Part shown: positions 50,899 to 62,382 of the stretch, piece after piece
Position numbering within the stretch: the first letter of the stretch is position 1
How the letters are laid out: every line of letters starts with the position of its first letter
From: an uncultured Gemmatimonadota bacterium
GTDB lineage: Bacteria > Blakebacterota > Blakebacteria > Blakebacterales > Blakebacteraceae
Length of the DNA stretch: 64,000 nt
Direction of reading: 5' to 3'
Assembly (NCBI GenBank): GCA_964576115.1
Contig: CAZNUA010000017.1
Span: 1-64,000, forward strand
The notes under the pieces: model-generated
Databases searched by the model: none
Told to the model about the DNA's origin: nothing
Seen by the model: only the letters and a program-made list of their open reading frames with translations
Program-made: the position numbers and the translations under genes

Positions 50899-51897
50899 TC
50901 AGACCTCGAGGCGGAAGAGTTTCATCGCGTCGCGCACCAGCTCCATGGTCTCGCGAGCGAAACTCCGGGCCCGTTGTGATCCTTCCCGGAGGATCTCGAG
51001 GATATGTTCGGTATCGGTCTCGATTCGGGCCCGCCGCTCGCGAAAATCGGCGAAGTGGTCGCCGATGGCCGCAGCTGCTTCGGCCTTGCACTGCACGCAG
51101 CCGCGGGTTCCCTCGCGGCATTCGGCCGCTATCCGTTCGCGTTCGGAGGCGCTGAAAGTCTCGTGCCAGGCGAAGACATTGCAGATCTCGGGCCGGCCGG
51201 GATCGTCTTTGTGGATCTTCTGCGGGTCGGTGATGGCGGTACGGACCACCTCGTGCACTCGTGCGGGTTCGTCGCTCATCAGGATGACGTTGCCCAGGCT
51301 CTTCGACATCTTCTTCCCGTCGGGACCGGGGATCCGCGCCGAAGGGGTCAGCAGGGTTTCCGGCTCGGGAAAGATCTCGGCATAGGTTGTATTGAACTTG
51401 CGGGCCAGTTCGCGGGTCAGCTCGATGTGCGGGATCTGGTCCTCGCCCACCGGCACGGCGTGGGCCCGGTACATCAGGATATCGGCGGCCTGCAGAACGG
51501 GATAGCCCAGGTGCCCGTAGGATACCTCGCCCCGCAGGTCGAGATCCTTGACCTTTTCTTTGAAGGTGGGGTTGCGCTCGAGCCGGCCGAGGGTGATGAG
51601 CATGCTCAGCAGCAGGTGCAGTTCGGCGTGCTCGGGCACGAGCGACTGCACGAAGATGGTGGCCCGGTCGGGTTCGAGCCCCGCCGCCAGCCAGTCGATG
51701 ACCATCTCGACGGTATCGTCGGCGATCCGCTCGGTCTCGTTGTAGGTGATCGTCAGGCTGTGCCAGTCGACGATGCAGTGATACGATTCGTATTCGTGCT
51801 GGAGTTCGATCCAGTTCGAGAGGGCGCCGGCATAGTTGCCCAGGTGCATGCGGCCGGTGGGCTGCATGCCGCTCAGAATTCGCTTTTTCTCTTTCAT
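50899..51897 (-). CDS. trpS: Tryptophan--tRNA ligase
   Basis: SGMQPTG..HLGN, YPVLQAADI, PVGEDQ, KMSKS; start 51897 (alternative 51909). Confidence 0.97.
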   Translation of the reverse strand: MKEKKRILSGMQPTGRMHLGNYAGALSNWIELQHEYESYHCIVDWHSLTITYNETERIADDTVEMVIDWLAAGLEPDRATIFVQSLVPEHAELHLLLSMLITLGRLERNPTFKEKVKDLDLRGEVSYGHLGYPVLQAADILMYRAHAVPVGEDQIPHIELTRELARKFNTTYAEIFPEPETLLTPSARIPGPDGKKMSKSLGNVILMSDEPARVHEVVRTAITDPQKIHKDDPGRPEICNVFAWHETFSASERERIAAECREGTRGCVQCKAEAAAAIGDHFADFRERRARIETDTEHILEILREGSQRARSFARETMELVRDAMKLFRLEV

Positions 51898-51904
51898 GGA
51901 CCTC

Positions 51905-51932
51905 AACATAGGCCCCTCCCCCGACCTGTCAA
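51905..51932 (-). promoter_or_regulatory. Putative sigma70 promoter of the trpS-scpAB-rluB-cmk-rpsA run
   Basis: TTGACA-16 nt-TATGTT, 7 nt upstream of ATG 51897. Confidence 0.6.
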
Positions 51933-53935
51933 CGACGGGCCACATGCACGTACGCCCCCTGACGATCGGTCCGGCGCAGGGTGGCTCCGGCGACGGTGAG
52001 CCGGGCCAGGGTGGCCGGGTCGGGATGGCCGTGGCGGTTGCGCGCCCCCACCGAGATGACGGCCAGCTCGGGCGAGGCGGCCGCCAGCAGGGCCGGCGAG
52101 AGAGCATCGGCACTGCCGTGGTGGGGAACCTTGAGTACCTCGCACCGCAGATGCGCCCACATCGGGCGCAGACGTCCCTCTCCATCCTGCTCGAGGTCAC
52201 CCGTCAGGAGAACCCGCTCGGTGCCCAGAAGGGCTCGCAGCACCAGGGAGCGGTCGTTGGCGCTCGACGGGACGGTCGAAGGATCGGCCCCGGCCAGCAC
52301 GTCGAGCGTCACCCGGCGTCCCAGCCGCAGGCGATCGCCGCTGGCGACGGGGATATCCGGCACACCGGCGTCGAGCAGGGCCAGGCGCAGCCATTCGGCG
52401 CTCGGAGGCGCGGGATCGGCCCACTCGCCGCGCACCAGGGCTCCGATCGGGAAACGTCGAGCCAGAGCCGGCATGCCGCCGATGTGATCGGCGTCGGTAT
52501 GGGTCGCGATCAGCAGGTCGATCCGTTCGATGCCCCGGCTCCGCAGGTAGGGTGCGACGACGGCTTGCCCGGCATCCCAGCCCGGATAGCGGGGGCCGGC
52601 GTCGATGACCGCCACCCGGCGGGGCCGGACGCTCTCGATGACGATGGCATCCCCCTGCCCGACGTCAAGAAAGGCGATCCGCGGGGCGCTGCGGGCAGAG
52701 AGTGGACTCCAGACGACAGCCAGGGCCGCCAGCAGGGCCATCAGGTCGGCCCGGCCTCCGCGGCGCCAGCAGGGGACGATCAGCAGGGCCGGCAGGGCCG
52801 CCCAGACCGGGAGCGGCAGCTGGGCGGCCGGAAGCGAGTTCCAGAGCGCAATCCACCAGAACATGAGCCGGCCCAGGCCTTCGCACAGCGCTCCTGCGAG
52901 CATCGCTGCAGGCAGACCGAGCGCGGTTGCCAACACGGCGGCCAGCGCGGTCGGAAGCCAGATGCCGAGCAGGGGGACGGCCACGACGTTGACCAGGGGC
53001 GCGAAAGGCGAGAAGGTCCCGAAAACGAGAATCTGCAGCGGCAGGACGGCGCTCTGGGCGGCCAGGGTGAGCAGGAGCAGGTTGCATCCCGCCTGCAGCG
53101 GGGAACGCCGGGTGGATTGTCCGGAGGGGCGTGGACCGAGGATGGCGACGATGCCGGCTACGGCCGCGACCGACAGCTGGAATCCGACCGAGGCCAGCAG
53201 GCGGGGATTGACGAGGAGAATCGCCAGCGCGGCCACTGGTAAAATACGCTCCGGTTCGGTCCGTACCCGGGCCAGCATCACCGCCACTGCGAGGGTGGCC
53301 ATGCACCCGGCCCGCACCGCCGAAGGAGGACAACCGATCAGGACGATATAGACCCAGAGCAGAGGCAGACTCAGGCTCAGACTCAGAGAGCGGCGCCGGC
53401 ACACCAGACGGGCGAGCAGGACGAGCGCGGCCAGGATGATGCCGACGTGCAGTCCGCTGATGGCCAGTATGTGCGCCGCGCCGGTTCCCCGGAAAGCCGC
53501 CGCCCACTCTGCATCGAGCGCACGGCGGCGGTTGAACAGAACCCCCTGAATCAGTCCCCAGACCGGTTCGGAAGCCCAGGCGGGACGCTGCCGGGCCAGA
53601 ACCTCGAGCGGTTCGGTGTCTTCATCGTCCGCCGGTTCGAGGCGAGAGGCGGTCAGCAGGGGACGGTAGCCCGGATTCGAGAGGCCGTGGTGGGCGGGGC
53701 GGGAATCGCCCCACGGGCCCCAGCTGATACGGATATCGGCCGCTCGGCCCGCGATCAGGGCGGATGCGAAGAGAGCGGCTACCAGCAGACGTCGGCCGTT
53801 GATGAAGCGAAAGCCGATCAGGGCCAGGGCGGTGAGGACCAGGAGTGCGGGGGCGACTGTTTCCGGCAGGTGTGGAGCGCAGAGCAGACCGGCGCTCCAG
53901 GCTCCGGCCAGAGTCCAGAGCTGGCGGACAGACAC
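51929..53935 (-). CDS. comEC: DNA uptake channel ComEC/Rec2
   Basis: HILAISGLHVG, SAVRA, GFQLS, FLDVGQGDA, THTDADHIGG, KVPHHGS, GHP. Confidence 0.93.
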   Translation of the reverse strand: MSVRQLWTLAGAWSAGLLCAPHLPETVAPALLVLTALALIGFRFINGRRLLVAALFASALIAGRAADIRISWGPWGDSRPAHHGLSNPGYRPLLTASRLEPADDEDTEPLEVLARQRPAWASEPVWGLIQGVLFNRRRALDAEWAAAFRGTGAAHILAISGLHVGIILAALVLLARLVCRRRSLSLSLSLPLLWVYIVLIGCPPSAVRAGCMATLAVAVMLARVRTEPERILPVAALAILLVNPRLLASVGFQLSVAAVAGIVAILGPRPSGQSTRRSPLQAGCNLLLLTLAAQSAVLPLQILVFGTFSPFAPLVNVVAVPLLGIWLPTALAAVLATALGLPAAMLAGALCEGLGRLMFWWIALWNSLPAAQLPLPVWAALPALLIVPCWRRGGRADLMALLAALAVVWSPLSARSAPRIAFLDVGQGDAIVIESVRPRRVAVIDAGPRYPGWDAGQAVVAPYLRSRGIERIDLLIATHTDADHIGGMPALARRFPIGALVRGEWADPAPPSAEWLRLALLDAGVPDIPVASGDRLRLGRRVTLDVLAGADPSTVPSSANDRSLVLRALLGTERVLLTGDLEQDGEGRLRPMWAHLRCEVLKVPHHGSADALSPALLAAASPELAVISVGARNRHGHPDPATLARLTVAGATLRRTDRQGAYVHVARR

Positions 53936-53976
53936 AACGGCGTGCCTTCCCGGGGAGCGATGGTTGAACCGGGGGG

Positions 53977-54005
53977 CCGGCCCCCCGCACGAAGCGGGAG
54001 GCCGG
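53977..54005 (-). terminator. GC-rich hairpin after the methionine lyase gene
   Basis: Minus strand CCGGCCTCCCGC-TTCGT-GCGGGGGGCCGG; no U tract. Confidence 0.45.
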
Positions 54006-54017
54006 GGGGCTGGTGCG

Positions 54018-55220
54018 TCAGATGCTCGCCAGAGCCTGGTCGAGATCGGCGATGATGTCTTCGACGCGTTCGATCCCGACCGAGATCCTGATCAGGTTCT
54101 CGGTGATGTGGAACTGGGCCAGTTCGTCGACCGAGTAGGTCGAGTGGGTCATACTGGCGGGATGCTGGATGAGGGTGTCACAATCCCCCAGACTGACGGC
54201 CAGGGTGCAGAGCTTCAGCTGGTTCAGGAAGGCGGAACCGGCTTCTCTTCCACCCTTAATGTAAAACGTTACCATTCCGCCGTAACCGCTCATTTGACGG
54301 GATGCTATCTCGTGCTGAGGGTGGCTCTCCAGGCCGGGATAGGCGACCTTCTCGATCTGTGGATGGGCCTCGAGGTATTCGGCTATCCGCAGGGCGTTGG
54401 TTTCGTGCCGCTCCATGCGGACCGGCAGGGTTTTCAGTCCTCTGATCAGCAGCCAGGCATCGAAGGGGCTGATACATCCGCCCAGATCGCGCAGCGATTC
54501 GGAACGCAGGATACCGACGTGTTCGGTACTTCCGACCACGATCCCGGCAACCACGTCACCGTGCCCGGAGGTGTACTTGGTGCAGCTGTGCATGACCATG
54601 TCGGCGCCCAGTTCCAGGGGCAGCTGGAAGTAGGGCGTGGCGAAGGTGTTGTCGACCACCAGGAGGACGCCCTTCTCTTTCGCGATCTCTGCCACGGCGG
54701 CGATATCAACCACCTTGAGAGTCGGATTGGCCGGGGTTTCGATCCAGATCAGGCGGGTTTTCGCGTCGATCGCGTCGCGCACCTGGTCCAGATCGAGGGC
54801 GTCGACCATGTGAGCCGTGATGTCCACCTTGGGCAGGATGTGCGCAGCCAGGGAGTGGGTGCCGCCATAGACCGGCTGGCAGAGGACGATGTTGTCGCCG
54901 GACCGGCAGAAGCCCATGACCACCGCGGTGGTCGCGGCCATGCCGCTCGAAAAGGCGACTCCGGCTTCGGCCCCCTCGAGCAGGGCCATGGTCTGCTCCA
55001 GGGCTTTCGTGGTGGGGTTGCCGATACGGGAGTAGATATACCCGGTTTCTTCTCCGGCGAAGATGGCGGCGCCGGCTTCGGCGCTTCGGAAAGCGAAGGT
55101 GCTGGTCTGGTAGATCGGTTTGGTGACGGCTCCGGTCACCGGATCGGTGCCACCCGAGCCGTGAATCGCCCTGGTCTCGATACCCCAGTTGCGCATGTCA
55201 CCTTCACTCATCTCGGACAT
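54018..55220 (-). CDS. PLP-dependent trans-sulfuration enzyme, methionine gamma-lyase-like
   Basis: FAGEETGYIYSRIGNPT, ETPANP, DNTF, HSCTKY, AVSLGD..LIQHPASMTH. Confidence 0.85.
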   Translation of the reverse strand: MSEMSEGDMRNWGIETRAIHGSGGTDPVTGAVTKPIYQTSTFAFRSAEAGAAIFAGEETGYIYSRIGNPTTKALEQTMALLEGAEAGVAFSSGMAATTAVVMGFCRSGDNIVLCQPVYGGTHSLAAHILPKVDITAHMVDALDLDQVRDAIDAKTRLIWIETPANPTLKVVDIAAVAEIAKEKGVLLVVDNTFATPYFQLPLELGADMVMHSCTKYTSGHGDVVAGIVVGSTEHVGILRSESLRDLGGCISPFDAWLLIRGLKTLPVRMERHETNALRIAEYLEAHPQIEKVAYPGLESHPQHEIASRQMSGYGGMVTFYIKGGREAGSAFLNQLKLCTLAVSLGDCDTLIQHPASMTHSTYSVDELAQFHITENLIRISVGIERVEDIIADLDQALASI

Positions 55221-55655
55221 CGTTTCTCTCCCGGTTGGTGTCCTCTTCAGCGATGAACTCACTCAGAATCCCGCCGCTGCTTTTGGGGTGCACGAAAGCG
55301 ACTGGACGTCCCTCTACCCCGATATCGTCTCCGGAGCCGAGCAGTTCGAAACCCTCGGTTTCCAGACGCTTCAAGGTACCTTTCAGGTCGGCGGCGGCAT
55401 AGCAGATATGGTGCAGTCCCGGTCCGCGCCTGGCCACGAACCTGGCCACGGGTGAATCGGGATCGGTGGCTTCGAGCAATTCGATTTTACTCTGCCCGAC
55501 CTCGAACATCGCCACCCGCACGCGCTGGGCCTCGCTCTCGGCCGTCGAGACAGGACCGCGTCCCAGCAGGCGGGTAAAGAGAGCGGTCGCCTCCTCCAGG
55601 TCGGCCACGGCGACGGCCACGTGATCGATGCGGGCGGCAGAGGCAGGGTCGGTCA

Positions 55656-55656
<1 letters not shown>
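55204..55656 (-). CDS. mce: Methylmalonyl-CoA epimerase
   Basis: IDHVAVAV, IELLE, GLHHIC, FVHPKSSGGILSE; adjacent to the mutase. Confidence 0.92.
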
Positions 55657-57268
<1,612 letters not shown>

Positions 57269-57269
<1 letters not shown>

Positions 57270-58069
57270 TACCTGCCCTTCCAGTCGGCGGCGCGCTTCT
57301 CCAGGAAAGCCTGGATTCCCTCGGCCTTGTCATCGGTGGCCATGATAGCCCCGAATTCCCGGGCCTCGGTGCGGTAGCCCTCGTCGTGATCGCCGTAGGC
57401 GGCATCCATGGCCCGCTTGATGGCCGATATCGCCACCGGCGACTTGCCGGCGATGGCCCGGGCCAGGTCGAGGCTTTCCTTCAGGGCGCTGCCTTCTGGT
57501 GCGATCCGTTCGACCAGGCCCAGTTCGGCGGCCTTGGCGGCGCTGAGCATATCGCCTGTCATCATCAGTTCGGCGGCCTTGCCGTAACCGACCAGACGGG
57601 TGAACCGCTGGGTGCCGCCGTAGCCGGGCAGCAGGCCGAGGTTGACCTCGGGCTGTCCGAAACGGGCGTTCTCGGCCGCCACGCGGATGTCGCAGGCCAT
57701 GGCCAGCTCGCAGCCCCCTCCGAGTGCGAAACCGTTGACGGCCGCGATGGTGGGTTTGGGCAGCTGTTCGAGCTTGCGGAACAGAGCCTGCCCGCGACGG
57801 GAAAAATCCTCTCCGCCGGCGACATCGAGGGGCTGGATCTCGGTGATGTCGGCTCCGGCCACGAAGGCCTTCTCCCCCGCCCCGGTCAGGACGATGACCC
57901 TGATCTCGTCATCGGCCGCCAGGTCGTCGAGAGCCGCTTCCAGTTCGTCGAGGGTGGCGATGCTCAGGGCGTTCAGGACCTTGGGGCGGTCGATGGTCAC
58001 GATGGCCACATGACCGTCGCGCTCGACCCCGACCGCGGCCCCGCCGCCCGACTCTGTTGTCTGGCTCAT
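57269..58069 (-). CDS. crt: Enoyl-CoA hydratase (crotonase)
   Basis: [28 protein letters not shown]. Confidence 0.9.
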
Positions 58070-58136
58070 TATCTGACTCCTCCAGTCCCTCCGGGGACCG
58101 ATCACGACAGGCCCCGGGTCATGAATGCTGCCTCTC

Positions 58137-59282
58137 TCAGTCGGCCAGCATGGCGCGCGAAATCACGATCCGCTGGGCTTCGCTCGTGCCCTCGTAAATT
58201 TCGCAGATCTTGGCGTCGCGCATCAGACGCGACACCGTATACTCGGCGGTGTAGCCGTAGCCGCCGTGGATCTGCACCGCCTCGAGCGCCGCCCGCATGG
58301 CGGCTTCGCTGGCCAGCAGCTTGGCCATGCTCGATTCTTTGGTGTGCCGCCGACCCTGATCACGTATCCATGCCGCCCGCCAGGTCAGCAGGCGGGCTGC
58401 CTCGAGTTCGGTGGCCATGTCGGCGATCTTCCACTGGATGGCCTGGAAAGCCGCCAGCGGACGACCGAACTGCTCGCGCTCCCTGGCATAGGCGATGCTC
58501 TCGTCCAGGCAGGCCTGACCGATCCCCAGGGCCTGGGCGGCGATGCCGAGCCGGCCCACGTCGAGGGTGGCCATGGCGATGCGGAAGCCCTTGTTCTCCT
58601 CTCCGAGCATGTTGGCCGCCGGCACCCGGCAGTCCTCGAAACTCAGGGGAACGCAGTCGGAGCAGCGGATCCCGACCTTGTCCTCGTGTTTGCCGACCTC
58701 CAAACCGGGGGTCCCCTTCTCGATCAGGAAGGCGCTGATTCCCTTCCCGCTCGGGGCCTCCGGGTCGGTCTTGGCATACGTCAGGACCACGTCGCACGAA
58801 TCGCCGTTAGTGGTGAAGGCCTTGGCGCCGTTGATGACCCATTCGTCGCCGTCGCGGACAGCGGTGGTCTTGATCGAGCCGGCGTCGGTTCCCGCTCCCG
58901 GTTCGGTCAGAGCGTAGGAGCCCAGGATCTCCCCCGGTGCCAGACGTTTCAGAAAACGCTCCTTCTGGTCGTCATTGCCGTAGTGGTAGATCGGCTCGCA
59001 ACACAGGCTGTTGTTCACGCTCATGATCACGCCCACCCCGGCGTCGGCCCGGCAGATTTCCTCCAGTGCTAACGCATAGGCGACGTGCCCCGCTCCGGTA
59101 CCGCCGTATTCCTCGGGCACGGCGATGCCCATGAAACCCAGCTCGCCGAGCTGTTTGACGATGTCGGTCGGGAACTCGGCCTTCTCATCCCGTTCGGCTG
59201 CACCGGGCTTTATCTCGCTCTCGGCGAAATCGCGGGCCGCCTGCCGGATGAATTCCTGCTCCTCGGTGAGTTTGAAATCCAC
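58137..59282 (-). CDS. Short-chain acyl-CoA (butyryl-CoA-like) dehydrogenase
   Basis: YALTEPGAGTD, GRLGIAAQ, QIHGGYGY, EIYEGTSE. Confidence 0.93.
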   Translation of the reverse strand: MDFKLTEEQEFIRQAARDFAESEIKPGAAERDEKAEFPTDIVKQLGELGFMGIAVPEEYGGTGAGHVAYALALEEICRADAGVGVIMSVNNSLCCEPIYHYGNDDQKERFLKRLAPGEILGSYALTEPGAGTDAGSIKTTAVRDGDEWVINGAKAFTTNGDSCDVVLTYAKTDPEAPSGKGISAFLIEKGTPGLEVGKHEDKVGIRCSDCVPLSFEDCRVPAANMLGEENKGFRIAMATLDVGRLGIAAQALGIGQACLDESIAYAREREQFGRPLAAFQAIQWKIADMATELEAARLLTWRAAWIRDQGRRHTKESSMAKLLASEAAMRAALEAVQIHGGYGYTAEYTVSRLMRDAKICEIYEGTSEAQRIVISRAMLAD

Positions 59283-59321
59283 GCTGCTTCTCCTGTCATG
59301 AGGTGCCGGTATCCGGGCGCA

Positions 59322-60185
59322 TCACTCGCTGTAGTCGTAAAAACCCCGACCGCTCTTGCGTCCCAGATGCCCCGCCGCCACCATCCGGCGCAGCAGCGGG
59401 CAGGGCCGGTACTTCGAATCGCCCAGGCCGCTGTGCAGGACCTCCATGATGTCGAGGCAGACATCGAGACCAATGAAATCGGCCAGGGTCAGGGGACCCA
59501 TCGGGTGGGCCATGCCCAGCTTCATGACGGTATCGATCGCCTCGACCTCGGCCACCCCCTCCATCAGGGCGTAGACGGCCTCGTTGATCATCGGCATCAG
59601 CACCCGGTTGGACACGAAGCCGGGGTAGTCGTGCACTTCGACCGGGGTTTTGCCCAGGGCGGTGGCTTCGGCCATCACCGCCGCGGTGGTCTCATCGGAG
59701 GTGGCGTGGCCGCGGATGACCTCGACCAGCTTCATCATCGGTACGGGATTGAAGAAATGCATACCGATGAATCTCTCGGGCCGTGAGGTCAGAGCTCCCA
59801 GGTGCGTGATCGAAATCGAGGAGGTGTTCGAGGCCATGATGGCGTCTGATCCGGCCAGAGCATCGAGCCTGGTCCAGACCTCTTCCTTGGTCTCCTCCTT
59901 CTCCAGGACCGCTTCGACGATCAGGTCGGCCTCGGCGGCGGCGTCGAGTTCAAGGGTGAAATCGATACCGGCCAGAGCGGCGTCGGCCGCGGCCTGGTCG
60001 ATGATCTCTTTCTTGACCTGCCGGCCCAGGTTCTTCTCGATCGTGCCGCGGGCGCGGTCGAGGTACTCCTGGGCGATATCCACCAGTGCAACCTGGCGTC
60101 CGGCCAGAGCGGCCACGTGGGCGATACCGTTGCCCATGGTGCCGGCCCCGATGACTGTAATTTTCTCGATAGCCACGGTATCCAA
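59322..60185 (-). CDS. hbd: 3-hydroxybutyryl-CoA dehydrogenase
   Basis: [27 protein letters not shown]. Confidence 0.94.
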   Translation of the reverse strand: MDTVAIEKITVIGAGTMGNGIAHVAALAGRQVALVDIAQEYLDRARGTIEKNLGRQVKKEIIDQAAADAALAGIDFTLELDAAAEADLIVEAVLEKEETKEEVWTRLDALAGSDAIMASNTSSISITHLGALTSRPERFIGMHFFNPVPMMKLVEVIRGHATSDETTAAVMAEATALGKTPVEVHDYPGFVSNRVLMPMINEAVYALMEGVAEVEAIDTVMKLGMAHPMGPLTLADFIGLDVCLDIMEVLHSGLGDSKYRPCPLLRRMVAAGHLGRKSGRGFYDYSE

Positions 60186-60194
60186 CCTTTCCGA

Positions 60195-61391
60195 TCAGGA
60201 TTCGAGTTCGACCGCCAGGGCCACGGCACCGCCGCCGCCCAGGCAGAGCGTCGCCAGACCGGTTGAAAGACCCCGGTTGCGCAACGCGTGAATGAGGGTG
60301 GTGAGGACACGGGCGCCGCTGGCTCCGATGGGGTGCCCCAGCGCAATCGCGCCCCCGTTGACGTTGACCCGCTCCCAGTCCCAGTCCAGTTCCCGGCCGT
60401 CTGCCAGGGCCTGGGCGGCGAAAGCCTCGTTGGCCTCGATCAGGTCGTAGTCGTTGATCGTCGTGCCCTGCTTCTCGAGCAGGCGCCGTACGGCCTGGAC
60501 CGGGGCGTAAAAGAGTTCCTTCGGCTCGACCGAAGCCTGATCGTACCCGGTGATCCGGGCCAGGATCGGCGCCCCGAGTTCCTCGGCCGTTTCGCGGGCC
60601 GCAACCACGACCGCCGATGCCCCGTCGTTCAGCCCGGGGCTGTTGCCGGCCGTGACGATCCCCTCCTTATCGAAGGCGGGACGAAGCTTGGCCAGGATCT
60701 CGACCGTGGTATCCGACCGGTAGGATTCGTCGTGATCGAAGATGACCGGCTCTCCCCTTCGTTGGGGGACCTCGACCGGAACGATCTCGGCCTCAAAGCG
60801 ACCCTCTTCCCAGGCCCGGGCGGTCTTGGCCTGGCTCTCGGCGGCGTAGGCGTCAAGATCCTCGCGGGATAGACCCGATTTCTCGGCCGTGTACTCGGCC
60901 AGTATGCCCATGTGGCAGCCGTTGAAGCCGCACCAGAGGCCGTCGTGGATCATCAGATCGGTCAGTTCGGCGTTGCCCATCCGCAGACCGGTCCGGGCCT
61001 TGAAGAGCCCGTAGGGGACATTGCTCATGCTCTCCTGACCACCGGCCACGAAGAGCGAGCCGTCACCGGCCTTGATCATGGCGGCGGCCAGCATGACCGT
61101 TTTCAGCCCCGAGCCGCAGACCTTGTTGACGGTGGTGGCGGGGATCGTACCGGGCAGACCGGCCCCGATCGACGCCTGCCGGGCCGGGGCCTGGCCGACG
61201 CCGGCCTGGACCACCTGACCCATCAGGACTTCATCGATACGATCGACTCCTATGCCTGCCCGCTCGATGGCGGCCTTGATGGCGATCGAACCCAGGCCGG
61301 GGGCCGGCAGGGAGCTCAGGGTTCCCTGGAAGGTCCCGGTAGGGGTTCTCACGGCACTCAGGATAACCGGTTCTCTGGCGCTCGCGCTCAT
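60195..61391 (-). CDS. Acetyl-CoA acetyltransferase (thiolase)
   Basis: [24 protein letters not shown]; start MSASAREPV. Confidence 0.95.
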   Translation of the reverse strand: MSASAREPVILSAVRTPTGTFQGTLSSLPAPGLGSIAIKAAIERAGIGVDRIDEVLMGQVVQAGVGQAPARQASIGAGLPGTIPATTVNKVCGSGLKTVMLAAAMIKAGDGSLFVAGGQESMSNVPYGLFKARTGLRMGNAELTDLMIHDGLWCGFNGCHMGILAEYTAEKSGLSREDLDAYAAESQAKTARAWEEGRFEAEIVPVEVPQRRGEPVIFDHDESYRSDTTVEILAKLRPAFDKEGIVTAGNSPGLNDGASAVVVAARETAEELGAPILARITGYDQASVEPKELFYAPVQAVRRLLEKQGTTINDYDLIEANEAFAAQALADGRELDWDWERVNVNGGAIALGHPIGASGARVLTTLIHALRNRGLSTGLATLCLGGGGAVALAVELES

Positions 61392-61452
61392 ATTCAGTCC
61401 TTTCCCGAAGCTGTTGATCTGTCTCTGTTGACCTTCATCGTCCCGGACGTTC

Positions 61453-62382
61453 TCAGCGCCGCCGGGACGGCACGGTTTCCGTTTCTTCGATCTTGTAGGC
61501 GCCTGCGGCGCCGGCCCTGATCCGTCCCCACCGCACCCGCGGGGCGTGATAAAATCCCAGCCACGCGTTCCGCTCGGCCGCCCGGGCGAGCAGGGCCGCT
61601 TTGACGCGGGCTGATACCGCCGGTTCGACATCGACCCCTTCGAGGACCTCGCTACGGACGTGCGAGGTGGTCGGAATCAGATCGCCGGCCAGCAACAGGG
61701 TCTGGTCGCGACCTTCGATCCAGATCACCTGATGACCGGGCGTGTGGCCGCCGGTGAGTTCGAGGCGTACACCCGGCATGGGTTCGACGTCGCCGTCGAT
61801 GAGATCGAAACGTCCTTCCCGTTCGTAGACACGCGCCACCGCACCCGCCACGTACTGTGCCGTACGCAGATCGGGCGCCTCGGCCGCTTCGAATTCGGCC
61901 CGCTGCACGACCAGCCGGGCCTCGGGCAGGGCCGGTTCGAGTTGTCCGAGCAGGCCCTCGGAGAGCAGGCGCGGATCGGAGAGATCGCCCCCGGTGATCG
62001 CCTCGCCGGCCACGGCCCCGGCGACGTGGTCGAAATGCAGGTGGGTGGCGACGATCGTTCCGACCTCATCGGGATTCACACCCGCTTCGGCCAGCATCTC
62101 TTCGAGCGGTCGTTGGCCCTGCAGGTCATAGCGGTCCCGGGCATGATCGCCCCAGCCGCTGCCGATTCCTGGATCGATGAGAAGACATCCTTCCGGACCG
62201 GTCACAACCGCTGGAGAGATGCCGAGCATGACCCGGTTGTCCGCATCGGGATGGTTCAGCTTTTCCCAGAATACACGCGGGTAGATCCCGTAGAGGGCGG
62301 CTCCGTCGAGCCGGAAAGTTCCCCCGTCGAGGACAGTCAGGCTCAGACCGCCCAGGTCTATTCGCGAAGGAGGCTGGTTCAT
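61453..62382 (-). CDS. MBL-fold metallohydrolase (YtnP-like)
   Basis: FRLDGAALYG, THLHFDHVAG, GHTPGH, AGDLIPT. Confidence 0.88.
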   Translation of the reverse strand: MNQPPSRIDLGGLSLTVLDGGTFRLDGAALYGIYPRVFWEKLNHPDADNRVMLGISPAVVTGPEGCLLIDPGIGSGWGDHARDRYDLQGQRPLEEMLAEAGVNPDEVGTIVATHLHFDHVAGAVAGEAITGGDLSDPRLLSEGLLGQLEPALPEARLVVQRAEFEAAEAPDLRTAQYVAGAVARVYEREGRFDLIDGDVEPMPGVRLELTGGHTPGHQVIWIEGRDQTLLLAGDLIPTTSHVRSEVLEGVDVEPAVSARVKAALLARAAERNAWLGFYHAPRVRWGRIRAGAAGAYKIEETETVPSRRR

